A stretch of 64,000 nucleotides of DNA from Parcubacteria group bacterium Greene0416_36. GTDB lineage: Bacteria; Patescibacteriota; Patescibacteriia; VMEV01. This document shows positions 48,162-57,346 of the stretch, in pieces (within the stretch, counting starts at the first letter, position 1; the number at the start of each line of letters is the position of its first letter). Both the position numbers and the translations under genes were made by a program. The notes beneath the pieces are model-generated. The model did not search any database, had not been told where the DNA came from, and was given only the letters and a program-made list of their open reading frames with translations. The stretch lies in contig VMEV01000006.1 in the NCBI GenBank assembly GCA_007375725.1, positions 6,929-70,928 of the forward strand. The letters are read 5' to 3'.

Positions 48162-48614
48162 ATGACAGAAAATGATTTCATAAAGAAATTAGAAAGTCTA
48201 ATTTCAATATGTCCCCCGCTCTCTGAAGATTTAATGGATCAAATTATTCAGATGGTTGATTCATATAGGTGGGAATGGATTAAAACTCACAATGAATCGC
48301 ATATAAACACCTTGGATTATATACAGGCTTTGGGGCTGTTATATAAAAATTATTCTTCTGTGGTTGGTAATAAACTTAGTTCCTTTGTGGAGGAGCTAAT
48401 AAAATCATGGTTACTTACTGCGTCTGATGTGTCAGTACTGTGTCTTATAAGAAACTACTGGTTTCCAGATAACCAAGGGTTAATCTACTGGATTTTGATG
48501 ACCCCTAGATTGAAAGGGCAAGAATTATTGTCGAAAATCAGATATCTAATTCTAGAAAAAGTAGGATTAATTAGTGGGGGAATGCTTCAATTATTTGATG
48601 CTAGAGTGAATTAA
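48162..48614 (+). CDS. Orphan hypothetical protein
   Basis: 150 aa, AT-rich, AAAGGA SD. Confidence 0.65.
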   Translation: MTENDFIKKLESLISICPPLSEDLMDQIIQMVDSYRWEWIKTHNESHINTLDYIQALGLLYKNYSSVVGNKLSSFVEELIKSWLLTASDVSVLCLIRNYWFPDNQGLIYWILMTPRLKGQELLSKIRYLILEKVGLISGGMLQLFDARVN

Positions 48615-48645
48615 ACAAAAATATACCCATATTCAGGAGAATATC

Positions 48646-48768
48646 ATGTTTATTGACGAAAAGATCCTAATCGGATTTTTGATCGTAATTATCTCGATTG
48701 TTGTTTTCCTAGCTGGGCGCGGTGGTTCAGACGGTGATGACAAATACGATTATCCTAATAATAGATAA
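48646..48768 (+). CDS. 40-aa single-TM peptide (not in the ORF track)
   Basis: MFIDEKILIGFLIVIISIVVFLAGRGGSDGDDKYDYPNNR*, AGGAG SD. Confidence 0.55.
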   Translation: MFIDEKILIGFLIVIISIVVFLAGRGGSDGDDKYDYPNNR

Positions 48769-48851
48769 AATCATTGCCAAATTCAATATCTTGTGATAAG
48801 AAGAGCCTGGTACAAAATCAGGTTCTTTTACTTTTTCATTTAGAAAAAAGG

Positions 48852-49388
48852 ATGAAAAAAATGAAATTTTTGATCATAAATGCCTCGCCGAACAAAAGGG
48901 GAATGACCTCCAAATTCTGCAGAACCTTCGCGAAGGCAGCTAAAAAAGTCGGAGAAGTGAAGCAGTTTGACCTGCACGATGCTCCGCCGTCGTTTTGCAA
49001 AGGCAGTAAACCCAGACCGAAGAAGCTCAGCCTCTATCAAAAAGAAACATTAGACTGTGACGCTTTATTTATCGGCACCCCTCCTTATTGGTTCTCGGCG
49101 CCGTCAATACTCAAGGCTTATATAGAAGATCTCGATCCAATCGAAAACGATTTGTGGAAAAGGCCAAGACCATTAGGAATGTGCATTTACGCACCAGAAG
49201 GTGGAGAATTAGGTGTTGCGGGGCCAATCGCTCTTGCCTTCAATCATTTGAAATTCTCGCTTGTTGAATGGGGATATATCTTCAATCGAGGAATCAAAAA
49301 AGACGATTCTTGGTCTTGGGATGATATCAAGGGCATGCCCAAGCGTATGGAAAGGATCAGCCGCGCCTATAAGATGTACCCTGATTGA
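48852..49388 (+). CDS. Flavodoxin-fold NAD(P)H-dependent FMN reductase family protein
   Basis: LIINASPNKRGMT, DALFIGTPPYWFS.P.ILKAYIE. Confidence 0.8.
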   Translation: MKKMKFLIINASPNKRGMTSKFCRTFAKAAKKVGEVKQFDLHDAPPSFCKGSKPRPKKLSLYQKETLDCDALFIGTPPYWFSAPSILKAYIEDLDPIENDLWKRPRPLGMCIYAPEGGELGVAGPIALAFNHLKFSLVEWGYIFNRGIKKDDSWSWDDIKGMPKRMERISRAYKMYPD

Positions 49389-49459
49389 AATTGCAAAACC
49401 TAACAACACAAAAATCAAAGTTTCCTTCTATGCAAGGAAACTTTAATTTTTCTAAAATA

Positions 49460-51541
49460 TTACAAATCCCAAAACTCAAACACCCACACCTTCCCGCCGT
49501 CGATTGGATAAACACTATCCGCGACGGCTTTTGTATTTTGGAGGATACTCTCGAAGTGGGTCCAGTAGGGATGGAGGACGAAATAGGCTTGGTGGACGCC
49601 AGCGATGGCAGCAGCCTGTTTCATAGTCTCGCGCGAGGGCTGCTCGTAAACCATGTCGAGATATTTCTGGTAAAGAGGGGCGCCAGTGGGAATGGAGTAG
49701 AAGAAATTATCACCATAATATTTGCGGAAACCAAATTCACGGAGCGCGGCCGCGCCGAGATTTTGATTGCCGAGGACGATGTATTCTTGGCCATCACTAG
49801 ATGTAGGGGCACAGCGCGCTGTGCCCCTACATCGCGACAATTCTTCAATCTTATGAACCGCCTTGATATCCGACAGAGACACGCTGTACCCGCGTCCGGT
49901 TTCGAAAATATGATGGCGGGGGTAGGAGAAATAGAAAGAGTTAGCGAGGAGAAATACGAGAAAAAGACTTAAAAATAAATGAAACACCCGATTTTTGAGG
50001 CTTTTCTGATAAATGAAATAAAGTCCCGCTAAGAAGAAGGGGAACAGGAAATAGAAGCTCAATTGAATAAGGCGATTGGCATAATCAAGCCGCTCGTATT
50101 CGATGAGATTGCTAAAATTAATGAAGGAGGCGAGAAGGAAGGCGTTGGAGAGGAGGATGAGGAAGGAGGTGAGGAAGAGCGAACGGACCTTTTCAAGTAA
50201 GGGCGTATTGCAATACGCCCTTACGGATAGAGCTACCCCCAATACAACAACGGCCCCATAAATCCAATACACCCCCACCTTCCAAAAATACGCCAAGTCA
50301 TAAAACAGACTGAAATTTTGATTCCATGCCGACCAGTTGAGAAAAGAAAATAGGCTGGAAATAGGGGTAAATCCCTGCCAAGAAAAATTCTCAAAAGGCG
50401 CGCCGGAGAGAATGCCTTGTAGTAAAAATACTGCGGGAACAGCAAAGCAAAGCAGAATTATGGCTGATATTTGAATGAATCGAGGAAAATACTGCTTGAG
50501 TAAAATAAGTATCGGCAAAATAAGCGCGGGAATGCCGACCAGAGGGTGGATGGCGAGAGTGGCGAGGGCGAAAATCCACAGAAGTAAGGGCGTATGGCCA
50601 TACGCCCTTACGAGTAAAGCAGGCTCTATCTTCTGCAAATAAATCCATGCCTCGCACAAAACAAACACCAAAAAGACAGTCGCCAAATTATAAGGCGTGG
50701 GCATGATCCAGTAGGAGAAGGGGAGGATGAGGAGGGTGAAAGGTAATAACAACCATGTCGTGCCTTGTAGGGGCACAGCGCGCTGTGCCCCTAGACCTAG
50801 GGGCGTCGATACAAGCGCCCTCCACACAAAATACGGCACTGCAAAAATACACATCGCCAAGAGTATCTTTTCGATCCAAAAAGGAGATATCGACAAAATT
50901 TTTGCAAAAAACACGACCAAACTATACTGACCGATATAATAAAAAGGTTTGGGCGTAATCGTCCCATGATCCAGAATATATTGCTCGGTCGCTTGGTGAA
51001 TAAACGGATCAAAACCAAATCCGACCGGATAAATAATGAGAGCCGCGGAAACGGAAAAAAGAAAATGGCACGCAATCGCGAAGAGAGCCAAACGCGCCTG
51101 TACACCTTTCTTGATCAAGAGCATCAAAATCCCCGTACAGGCGAAATAGAGGGCGAAGAATTCGGAGCCGACTTGCTCCCAGGGAGAACGGATACTATCC
51201 CAGGTTCGGTGGAGATAGAGATAGTAGGTGAGACAGGCGAGGAGGGTGGCTACCCAAAACCAAGAGCATCCCCGAGGTAAGGGCGTATTGCAATACGCCC
51301 TTACCGACATGGGTAGGGCTGGTGGAAGTAAGGGTACAGCCGCGGCTTGGTGGAGCGACAGGCTCAGGATGACAAGGGTGTGGGATATTAAGGACAATAT
51401 AACAACAATAGCGAGCATCGGCGTGCTCAAATCAACAATATAAAACAGCGCCGTGCCCCAAATAGCGACTAGGGCGAAAAAAAGCATGAGGCTTCTCATC
51501 AGGCCAAATTTGCTGTATGTTTTTAATAAAGTTTTAATCAT
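49460..51541 (-). CDS. Polytopic membrane protein (possible GT-C fold) with many in-frame REP insertions
   Basis: Many TM segments; GFGFDPFIHQA, YERLDY, YFSYPR, YSIPTG; palindrome-derived peptides in loops. Confidence 0.8.
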   Translation of the reverse strand: MIKTLLKTYSKFGLMRSLMLFFALVAIWGTALFYIVDLSTPMLAIVVILSLISHTLVILSLSLHQAAAVPLLPPALPMSVRAYCNTPLPRGCSWFWVATLLACLTYYLYLHRTWDSIRSPWEQVGSEFFALYFACTGILMLLIKKGVQARLALFAIACHFLFSVSAALIIYPVGFGFDPFIHQATEQYILDHGTITPKPFYYIGQYSLVVFFAKILSISPFWIEKILLAMCIFAVPYFVWRALVSTPLGLGAQRAVPLQGTTWLLLPFTLLILPFSYWIMPTPYNLATVFLVFVLCEAWIYLQKIEPALLVRAYGHTPLLLWIFALATLAIHPLVGIPALILPILILLKQYFPRFIQISAIILLCFAVPAVFLLQGILSGAPFENFSWQGFTPISSLFSFLNWSAWNQNFSLFYDLAYFWKVGVYWIYGAVVVLGVALSVRAYCNTPLLEKVRSLFLTSFLILLSNAFLLASFINFSNLIEYERLDYANRLIQLSFYFLFPFFLAGLYFIYQKSLKNRVFHLFLSLFLVFLLANSFYFSYPRHHIFETGRGYSVSLSDIKAVHKIEELSRCRGTARCAPTSSDGQEYIVLGNQNLGAAALREFGFRKYYGDNFFYSIPTGAPLYQKYLDMVYEQPSRETMKQAAAIAGVHQAYFVLHPYWTHFESILQNTKAVADSVYPIDGGKVWVFEFWDL
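49800..49833. repeat. 34-bp perfect palindrome (GTAG REP) in CDS
   Basis: gatgtaggggcacagcg|cgctgtgcccctacatc encodes CRGTARCAPT. Confidence 0.92.
50197..50224. repeat. 28-bp perfect palindrome in CDS
   Basis: gtaagggcgtattg|caatacgcccttac encodes VRAYCNTPL. Confidence 0.92.
50584..50611. repeat. 28-bp perfect palindrome in CDS
   Basis: gtaagggcgtatgg|ccatacgcccttac encodes VRAYGHTPL. Confidence 0.92.
50767..50825. repeat. REP palindrome plus adjacent degenerate copy in CDS
   Basis: gtaggggcacagcgcgctgtgcccctag (LGAQRAVPLQ) followed by ctaggggcgtcgatacaagcgccctccac. Confidence 0.88.
51276..51374. repeat. Stack of REP units in CDS (perfect 30-bp palindrome, degenerate GTAAGGG unit, Family D fragment)
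   Basis: ggtaagggcgtattg|caatacgcccttacc 51276-51305; gtaagggtacagccgcggct from 51328; cgacaggctcaggatgaca 51356-51374. Confidence 0.88.
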
Positions 51542-53269
51542 ATGCAAGAGTCAATGCAAGCATTTATAGCTAAATTTCGTAATTTTTTAAATAGGCCGAA
51601 GGTACGAGAATACGCTCCTTTCTTTATTTTAGCGTGTTTTCTGTTTCCGCTATACTCTTACCTCTATTGGACCACGGGTAATCTATTCAATTCTCCGGAT
51701 GAGACGGCCGCTTCTTTCTTTTCACGACTTTATATTGAAACCGGGACTTTTTCATACACCGAACCTTTTAATTCACTGCTTCCCGGGTGGATCCACCCAC
51801 GAAGCATGGTGATTGAAAATGGAACCGTTCTGCCTATCTCTTTTCTGGGGATTTTATTGTTTTTAGGAACTCTTGGCGGAATAGTAGGACCGTGGAGCAT
51901 TCCCTATATCATCCCGCTCCTGTCGGCGATTATTCCTCTATTTTTCTACGGATTTGCCAAACATATTTTCTCATCAAAAACTGCTTTTTGGAGTGCGATT
52001 TTATTGGCCATACATCCGGCTATTATCTACTATAACGAAAGGAATTTTCTGCCAAATGCCTTATTTCTCGATATTTTCATTTTATTCCTCTTCTTTTTTT
52101 TCGCCTGGATATCATGGAAACAGAAGCAAAAATGGATTTTCGCGGTATCGAGTTCGTCTCTCTTGGCACTGCTTATTTCTATTCGACTCTTTGAGGCCAT
52201 ATGGCTGGGGCCGCTGGTACTGATCTTATGCATTCTGTTTTGGAAGAAGAATTCGATGAAAGAATGGCTGATGTGGGGAATATTATGCTCGCTCTTCATG
52301 ACACCTCTCTTGGCGGGTCAATGGATCACATACGGATCTCCCTTTAAAACAGGATATGGCATCACTGGGGATATTATTCCGCCGCCGGAACCATCCGAGG
52401 TAATTGGAGAGCCTGCGATACCCCCCGAACCACCGATTCCAGAACCCCCCGCATGCAAAAGCGTCGAGTGCCTGCCCGGATTCAACAAGGTCTTTCCTTT
52501 TGGCCTAGACCGATATAATATCACTCATAATTTCCAGGCTATTGGCGTGAACCTCTTGGGCATAATTTTCCTGCCTTGTCTTGTTGGGCTTCTTTTATTT
52601 TTCTGGAAAGAAAAGGCCTTTCCTCAAAGAGTTTACAGTGTTTTGGCGCTAGGCATTGCTTTGTATCTCATTGCGGTTTATGGAAGCTGGGGAGTCCGGG
52701 ATAATATCAATCCAAATATTACGACTATTGGACTATCCCATGTGCGCTATTGGCTGCCGATCTGGGCTTTCTTCCTGCCTTTTAGCGCGTACCTTTATCT
52801 CAAAATTACCCGGGGAAACAAAATAGCCATGAGCATAATTATTCTAGGACTATCCATTTACTCAGGAAAAGTCGTCTTGGGATCTTCTGAAGACAGCATT
52901 CATCATGTGTTAGCCAGCATCCGCCACTATCAGCAAGTCCAGAATGATTTTTCCGCTTTGGCTCCCGAGGACTCCATCATCATTTCCGAACGCAGCGACA
53001 AAATTTTCTTTCCCAAGTATCGCGTGATTTCAGTTCCCGATAAGAATTACGTGCATGTGTTTTCTCATATCCAAAAACTTTTAGAACAAGCTCCGATTTA
53101 TTTTTATACCCAAATGCCCGATTCCGATATCCAATACCTCCAGTCCCGGCATTTAGAATTTCAGGGGCTTTATTTTAAAGAAGTAAAGAAGTGGGAGGAT
53201 GGGTTTAGGATGCACGTCATCCGCGATCAACAAATCCCCCTTAATCCCCCTTTGACAAGGGGGACATAG
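51542..53269 (+). CDS. GT-C (ArnT/PMT-like) membrane glycosyltransferase
   Basis: NSPDE motif after TM1, many TMs, YGSPFKTGY, HVRYWLP; Pro-rich loop. Confidence 0.75.
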   Translation: MQESMQAFIAKFRNFLNRPKVREYAPFFILACFLFPLYSYLYWTTGNLFNSPDETAASFFSRLYIETGTFSYTEPFNSLLPGWIHPRSMVIENGTVLPISFLGILLFLGTLGGIVGPWSIPYIIPLLSAIIPLFFYGFAKHIFSSKTAFWSAILLAIHPAIIYYNERNFLPNALFLDIFILFLFFFFAWISWKQKQKWIFAVSSSSLLALLISIRLFEAIWLGPLVLILCILFWKKNSMKEWLMWGILCSLFMTPLLAGQWITYGSPFKTGYGITGDIIPPPEPSEVIGEPAIPPEPPIPEPPACKSVECLPGFNKVFPFGLDRYNITHNFQAIGVNLLGIIFLPCLVGLLLFFWKEKAFPQRVYSVLALGIALYLIAVYGSWGVRDNINPNITTIGLSHVRYWLPIWAFFLPFSAYLYLKITRGNKIAMSIIILGLSIYSGKVVLGSSEDSIHHVLASIRHYQQVQNDFSALAPEDSIIISERSDKIFFPKYRVISVPDKNYVHVFSHIQKLLEQAPIYFYTQMPDSDIQYLQSRHLEFQGLYFKEVKKWEDGFRMHVIRDQQIPLNPPLTRGT

Positions 53270-53311
53270 CGCCCTCCCTTGTCAAAGGGAGGGTTGGGGA
53301 GGGATTTGTTG
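53228..53311. repeat. Family A element (reverse orientation) supplying the C-terminus QQIPLNPPLTRGT*
   Basis: caacaaatcccccttaatccccctttgacaagggg ... ccctcccttgtcaaagggagggttggggagggatttgttg. Confidence 0.92.
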
Positions 53312-53376
53312 TTTAGGATTCTTTCAAATTCGATATAACAGCCCAAATAGAAATAAACAACAAACAGCAACCTAAT

Positions 53377-54795
53377 ATGCGCCTAGCCTATCTCATTATT
53401 CTAATCATCATCCCTTTAATCGGTCTATATATATTGGCCGACCGTTATTTTATTTGGGAAGGAGAAATCACTTACCAGACAGATTTTCAAGACAAAAAAG
53501 CGGTATTATCTCGATTATTGCCGGAAGGACGAGTCCAGATCCAAGAAAATCGAGTGCGAATTCTGCAAGAACCTGTGTATGTCGATGTACGCATGCGGGA
53601 AAAATTCAAAAACGCGTCAGTGGATATGGCCTTTAGTCCCGAAAATACCCCAAATATCATCAAATTAGGCCCGCAGATAGGACCGGATTTTCAGTATGAT
53701 TTGAAGCCAGTTTACAGCCGAACCCTCGAAGAAACTCTTGTGAATCCAGAATGGGGAAATATACAGGAAGACGGAGAGATATTATTTTTTAGAAAAAAAT
53801 CGGATAACGCGAATATAAATATTACTGATTTTAAGAAAAATCTGCCGGATCAAAATAAACTAGCTGTTTTTAATATAAAATTAGAGAATCCTTTTAAAAT
53901 AGAGGCTTATCGAGCTGAAAAAGATATAAAAAAGACCTCTCTTGAACTACGAGGAAGCCATGAAATCGAGTTTTATGCAAAAAACGAAATGGTTTCAATA
54001 ACTTTCGATTATCAAGATATCAATAGACTGGAAGGGGAGGATCCTGTGAATTTGCTTCTCTTTAAAGGATCCAACCTGCTCTCCAATCAACAATCTGAGG
54101 ATGATGGTATTTCCAGTGTTATTAATAAAGCCAGTCCGATAAAAACCGTCTCACTCGAACGATTTTTCGAGGAGGGGATCTATACGCTCAAAATCAGCAC
54201 AACCGAGGATATTATTATTCGAAATATCAAAACGAATCTGTCTAGGTGGGGGATTAAGAGCCGTATTTACTTAGCCAATAATAGCGAATATAAAAATTTA
54301 TTGCCGGATTTGAATCTCTCCGCCACCCAACTATGGACCAATGGCAAATTTTTTCGAGCCAGAACCACACATGCGTCAGGCATTCAGGAGGTTCAAATAC
54401 ATAATCAAACTTTTCCAATTTCCCAAACCCATCAATTTCTGAGCCATGAGTATTTGGGCAAAGATGATTGGATCCCTATCACTATTCCTAAAAATGATCT
54501 ATATCTTGAAACCAATGGCCTTTATTTTTTTGATCCTCTGGTTGCATTTAATCCTAACCCTCTAGAAATTAATGAATTCGTGGAAACGATTCCTGATTCA
54601 GTGGATTATATCTTGGCAAAATATACCCCGGCCCAGCGGACCAACGAATCCACATGGCATTTGAATGCCGAATTTGCAGTCAAAAACGCTTGGGTTCAAG
54701 ACCAGAAATTACGATTTTTATTCTCTATTCCGCGGATAGAGGAGCAAAAGGCGGCTTTTGGCATATCCAATTTCAAGATTCGATTATCTCAATAA
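53377..54795 (+). CDS. Membrane-anchored hypothetical protein
   Basis: 472 aa, N-terminal TM, beta-rich ectodomain. Confidence 0.8.
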   Translation: MRLAYLIILIIIPLIGLYILADRYFIWEGEITYQTDFQDKKAVLSRLLPEGRVQIQENRVRILQEPVYVDVRMREKFKNASVDMAFSPENTPNIIKLGPQIGPDFQYDLKPVYSRTLEETLVNPEWGNIQEDGEILFFRKKSDNANINITDFKKNLPDQNKLAVFNIKLENPFKIEAYRAEKDIKKTSLELRGSHEIEFYAKNEMVSITFDYQDINRLEGEDPVNLLLFKGSNLLSNQQSEDDGISSVINKASPIKTVSLERFFEEGIYTLKISTTEDIIIRNIKTNLSRWGIKSRIYLANNSEYKNLLPDLNLSATQLWTNGKFFRARTTHASGIQEVQIHNQTFPISQTHQFLSHEYLGKDDWIPITIPKNDLYLETNGLYFFDPLVAFNPNPLEINEFVETIPDSVDYILAKYTPAQRTNESTWHLNAEFAVKNAWVQDQKLRFLFSIPRIEEQKAAFGISNFKIRLSQ

Positions 54796-54798
54796 AAT

Positions 54799-54984
54799 AT
54801 GAGGCCTCAATTACAAATATTAGCCAAAGATTGTTTTTATATCGCCTTGGCGACATATATTCTCTATTTCATCGCAGAACTAGTATATCCGGGGATAATT
54901 CTCGATTATTTTGATTTGAATATCTTGTTGGTTGCGGTGGTGATTTTGGGAGCATTATCGATTGTAGAGGCTTATAAATATTAA
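54799..54984 (+). CDS. Small two-TM membrane protein
   Basis: 61 aa, ELVYPG..YFDLNILL; 3 nt after the upstream stop. Confidence 0.75.
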   Translation: MRPQLQILAKDCFYIALATYILYFIAELVYPGIILDYFDLNILLVAVVILGALSIVEAYKY

Positions 54985-55127
54985 AAAACGCGCACGATTG
55001 ACTTTATTCGTTTTTTATGTTAATATTGCAGTAGTTGTTTAAAAATTATCATTTTTGAGGCATTTCTAAAGAAGAAACCTCACCTAGTTACATATCTAGG
55101 GTCTTTTTATTTAAAAAGGAGAAAAAT

Positions 55128-56249
55128 ATGGATAATATATTCGAAAAATACGGGCAATCTTGCACTTACGGCAAGAAGAAAGCGGAGGCAGAAGAGATCA
55201 TCAGTAAAATTGATCTAATGACTTTGCCAGCCCTTAAAAATGGACAGACAAAGTTTTTCGCGGCGGAAATCAACCACGAATTAAGTGGAAAGGGGAGGTT
55301 CATCGTTAATTCGACAGAGTATAGCCCCAAAGTAGGTTCGACGAAAATTCTCGGGTCAGATAGACACATTCCAAAAGACATCACGAAAATATTTCCAGAA
55401 CTTTGCAACGAAAAATTTTTCGTGGCAACAGAAGTGTTGAGGCACCATGTAAGCCAACCCACGGAAAGCCTAATCGTAGAATTTCTGGGAGATAATAAAC
55501 TCAGAGAGTGGAAAGTGACTGCAGTAGTTGATCTCTCTACAAGAGAGATTATCGACCTATTTGAATTCCTAGAGTCGAACTTAGCCTGGAGACATTCTTT
55601 GTCTGAACCTGAATTCTGCGTGGAGGGAGTCCGATTTGGTGGCAGAGGATCTCATTTTAAAGATGATGCTTTAAATGAGCTCATCACAAGATCTCTGAAG
55701 CAAAGTGGTTCAGAGTTATCAACTCGTTATCTTGTGAAAAATTTCGACAAAGAAAATTGCCTCTATGTTGAGTGGCTTAAAAAATGGGGGCTTCTGCCGA
55801 ATGGGGAAAAGAATTTTCGAAAAATTACGGGATTAAAGGGGTTAAAAGAAAACTTTAACTCCACTAAAGCCGGAAAATTTTTCAACGAACCCATCACCGG
55901 ACTTCCAGATCAATGGAATTGGTTGTCCGCAATTCCAAAAGAACGTAGAACGATCATTGTTCAGGACGGACAAGCCACATTACCCACTGGTGAAACATTT
56001 CTAGTAAAAAACGTTCGTGGTCCAGACGGCAGTTCAAGGGGATATATTCACACCAGAGAAGATGGGAGTGTGGATGTCTTCCTACGACGAGGAAGTCGTG
56101 AACTGGGTTTTTGCGGATGGTTATGGGCGCAAAAAAAAGTGGGAGAGATCATTGCCGCAATCGATCCCTTGGATAACTATGAAGGACTGAGTCAAGGCAA
56201 TGCTCCCATTGCTGGAAGAATCAACGAGTGCATTGATTTTTCCTTCTAA
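55128..56249 (+). CDS. Orphan hypothetical protein
   Basis: 373 aa; TTGACT-17-TAATAT promoter 54998-55026, AAAGGAG SD, terminator 56274-56305. Confidence 0.75.
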   Translation: MDNIFEKYGQSCTYGKKKAEAEEIISKIDLMTLPALKNGQTKFFAAEINHELSGKGRFIVNSTEYSPKVGSTKILGSDRHIPKDITKIFPELCNEKFFVATEVLRHHVSQPTESLIVEFLGDNKLREWKVTAVVDLSTREIIDLFEFLESNLAWRHSLSEPEFCVEGVRFGGRGSHFKDDALNELITRSLKQSGSELSTRYLVKNFDKENCLYVEWLKKWGLLPNGEKNFRKITGLKGLKENFNSTKAGKFFNEPITGLPDQWNWLSAIPKERRTIIVQDGQATLPTGETFLVKNVRGPDGSSRGYIHTREDGSVDVFLRRGSRELGFCGWLWAQKKVGEIIAAIDPLDNYEGLSQGNAPIAGRINECIDFSF

Positions 56250-56273
56250 GTTTTTTTTCGGTCAACTTGCACT

Positions 56274-56305
56274 AAAAAAGGTGAAGTAATAAACTTCACC
56301 TTTTT
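56274..56305. terminator. Bidirectional intrinsic terminator
   Basis: aaaaaaggtgaagt-aataa-acttcaccttttt between convergent genes. Confidence 0.75.
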
Positions 56306-56337
56306 CATTTTGTCCAAAAAAAGAGATTTTTTGTATT

Positions 56338-56898
56338 CTACACATCCATCGCCGACTTCACATTCGCATTTGTATTATCATCGAGCTGTTCGATGCGTTT
56401 CTCTCGGGCTTGGAGTATCAAATTTTCGAGGTATTGAGGTGATTTGACGCCTTCGATATCAAGCACCAAGGTCGGACCAGCCGTGCGCAGCTGAATTGTC
56501 GCATAATCAAATAGAGTTTCCATCACTCCATATTTGCGGTAGGTAATATCCTGCACGCGCTCAAGATTGGCTTCCGACATAATAATATGGAAAAATCCCT
56601 GCTGATCTTGGTCAATGATGCGCAGATTAGTCACGAAAAAAAGGGTGTGTGACCAGATATAGAGGAACCGGATAATGGCTATAAACAAAATCAGATAAAA
56701 TACAGCGAGTCCGGCCACCCCCCAAAAGGCCCATCCCCACTGAGATAAAAAGCCAATCAGAAAAGGGGAAAGGGCACCGGGCAAAACAAGAAACAAAAAT
56801 AAAAAACACAGCGGGCCAAATTGGCTCATCCAATACCAGCGATGCGCTGCGAGTACTACCTCGCCTTTCTGAAGAGGGACATTTTTGGGTTTAAGCAT
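56338..56898 (-). CDS. Membrane protein with bacterial PH (bPH_2-like) domain
   Basis: LQKGEVVL..HR.W, two TMs, VTNLRIIDQDQQGFF, VQDIT, TLFDYATIQLRTAG. Confidence 0.82.
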   Translation of the reverse strand: MLKPKNVPLQKGEVVLAAHRWYWMSQFGPLCFLFLFLVLPGALSPFLIGFLSQWGWAFWGVAGLAVFYLILFIAIIRFLYIWSHTLFFVTNLRIIDQDQQGFFHIIMSEANLERVQDITYRKYGVMETLFDYATIQLRTAGPTLVLDIEGVKSPQYLENLILQAREKRIEQLDDNTNANVKSAMDV

Positions 56899-57346
56899 AA
56901 AAAATAAGTCACCAACCTTCGCCCCGCAAAAAGGCAGGGCTACGGCCTGGCAAAGAAAGTTAGAAATCAAAAGTCAAATTTATCCTAAACCAAAAAACTG
57001 AATTTGACAAACAATTTTATGTATGGTTAGATTTTGCGGTAGCGACATAATTTGTTGTTTGTTTGAATATAATAAACAAAAAAGGGGATGCTCAACCGAG
57101 ACACCCCTTTTTTGTTTATATTGGGTCTTAAAATGTATCTTTTACGACACATTAACCAAAACAACTTGATTTTCCAAAATAAACTGATAAGATCAACTCA
57201 TCATTCGCTTTTATCTTTAGCAAAAGATTAACCGATCAACCGATCGGTTTTTATTATTTTTATAGTAATATTGGTAATTTTCATGGCCTTAACATAAAAT
57301 TATTACGAATTCTTTAGAGTAGCTTAGGAAATTTTTTTTTATTTTT

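Noticed and set aside
49800-51305. 28-34 bp palindromes as a CRISPR array
   Set aside because: Spacing is irregular (about 150-500 nt), the units differ in sequence, they sit inside an ORF, and no cas genes are present.
52370-52460. Pro-rich loop of the GT-C gene as another REP insertion
   Set aside because: Not palindromic and not similar to any repeat family; an ordinary low-complexity linker.
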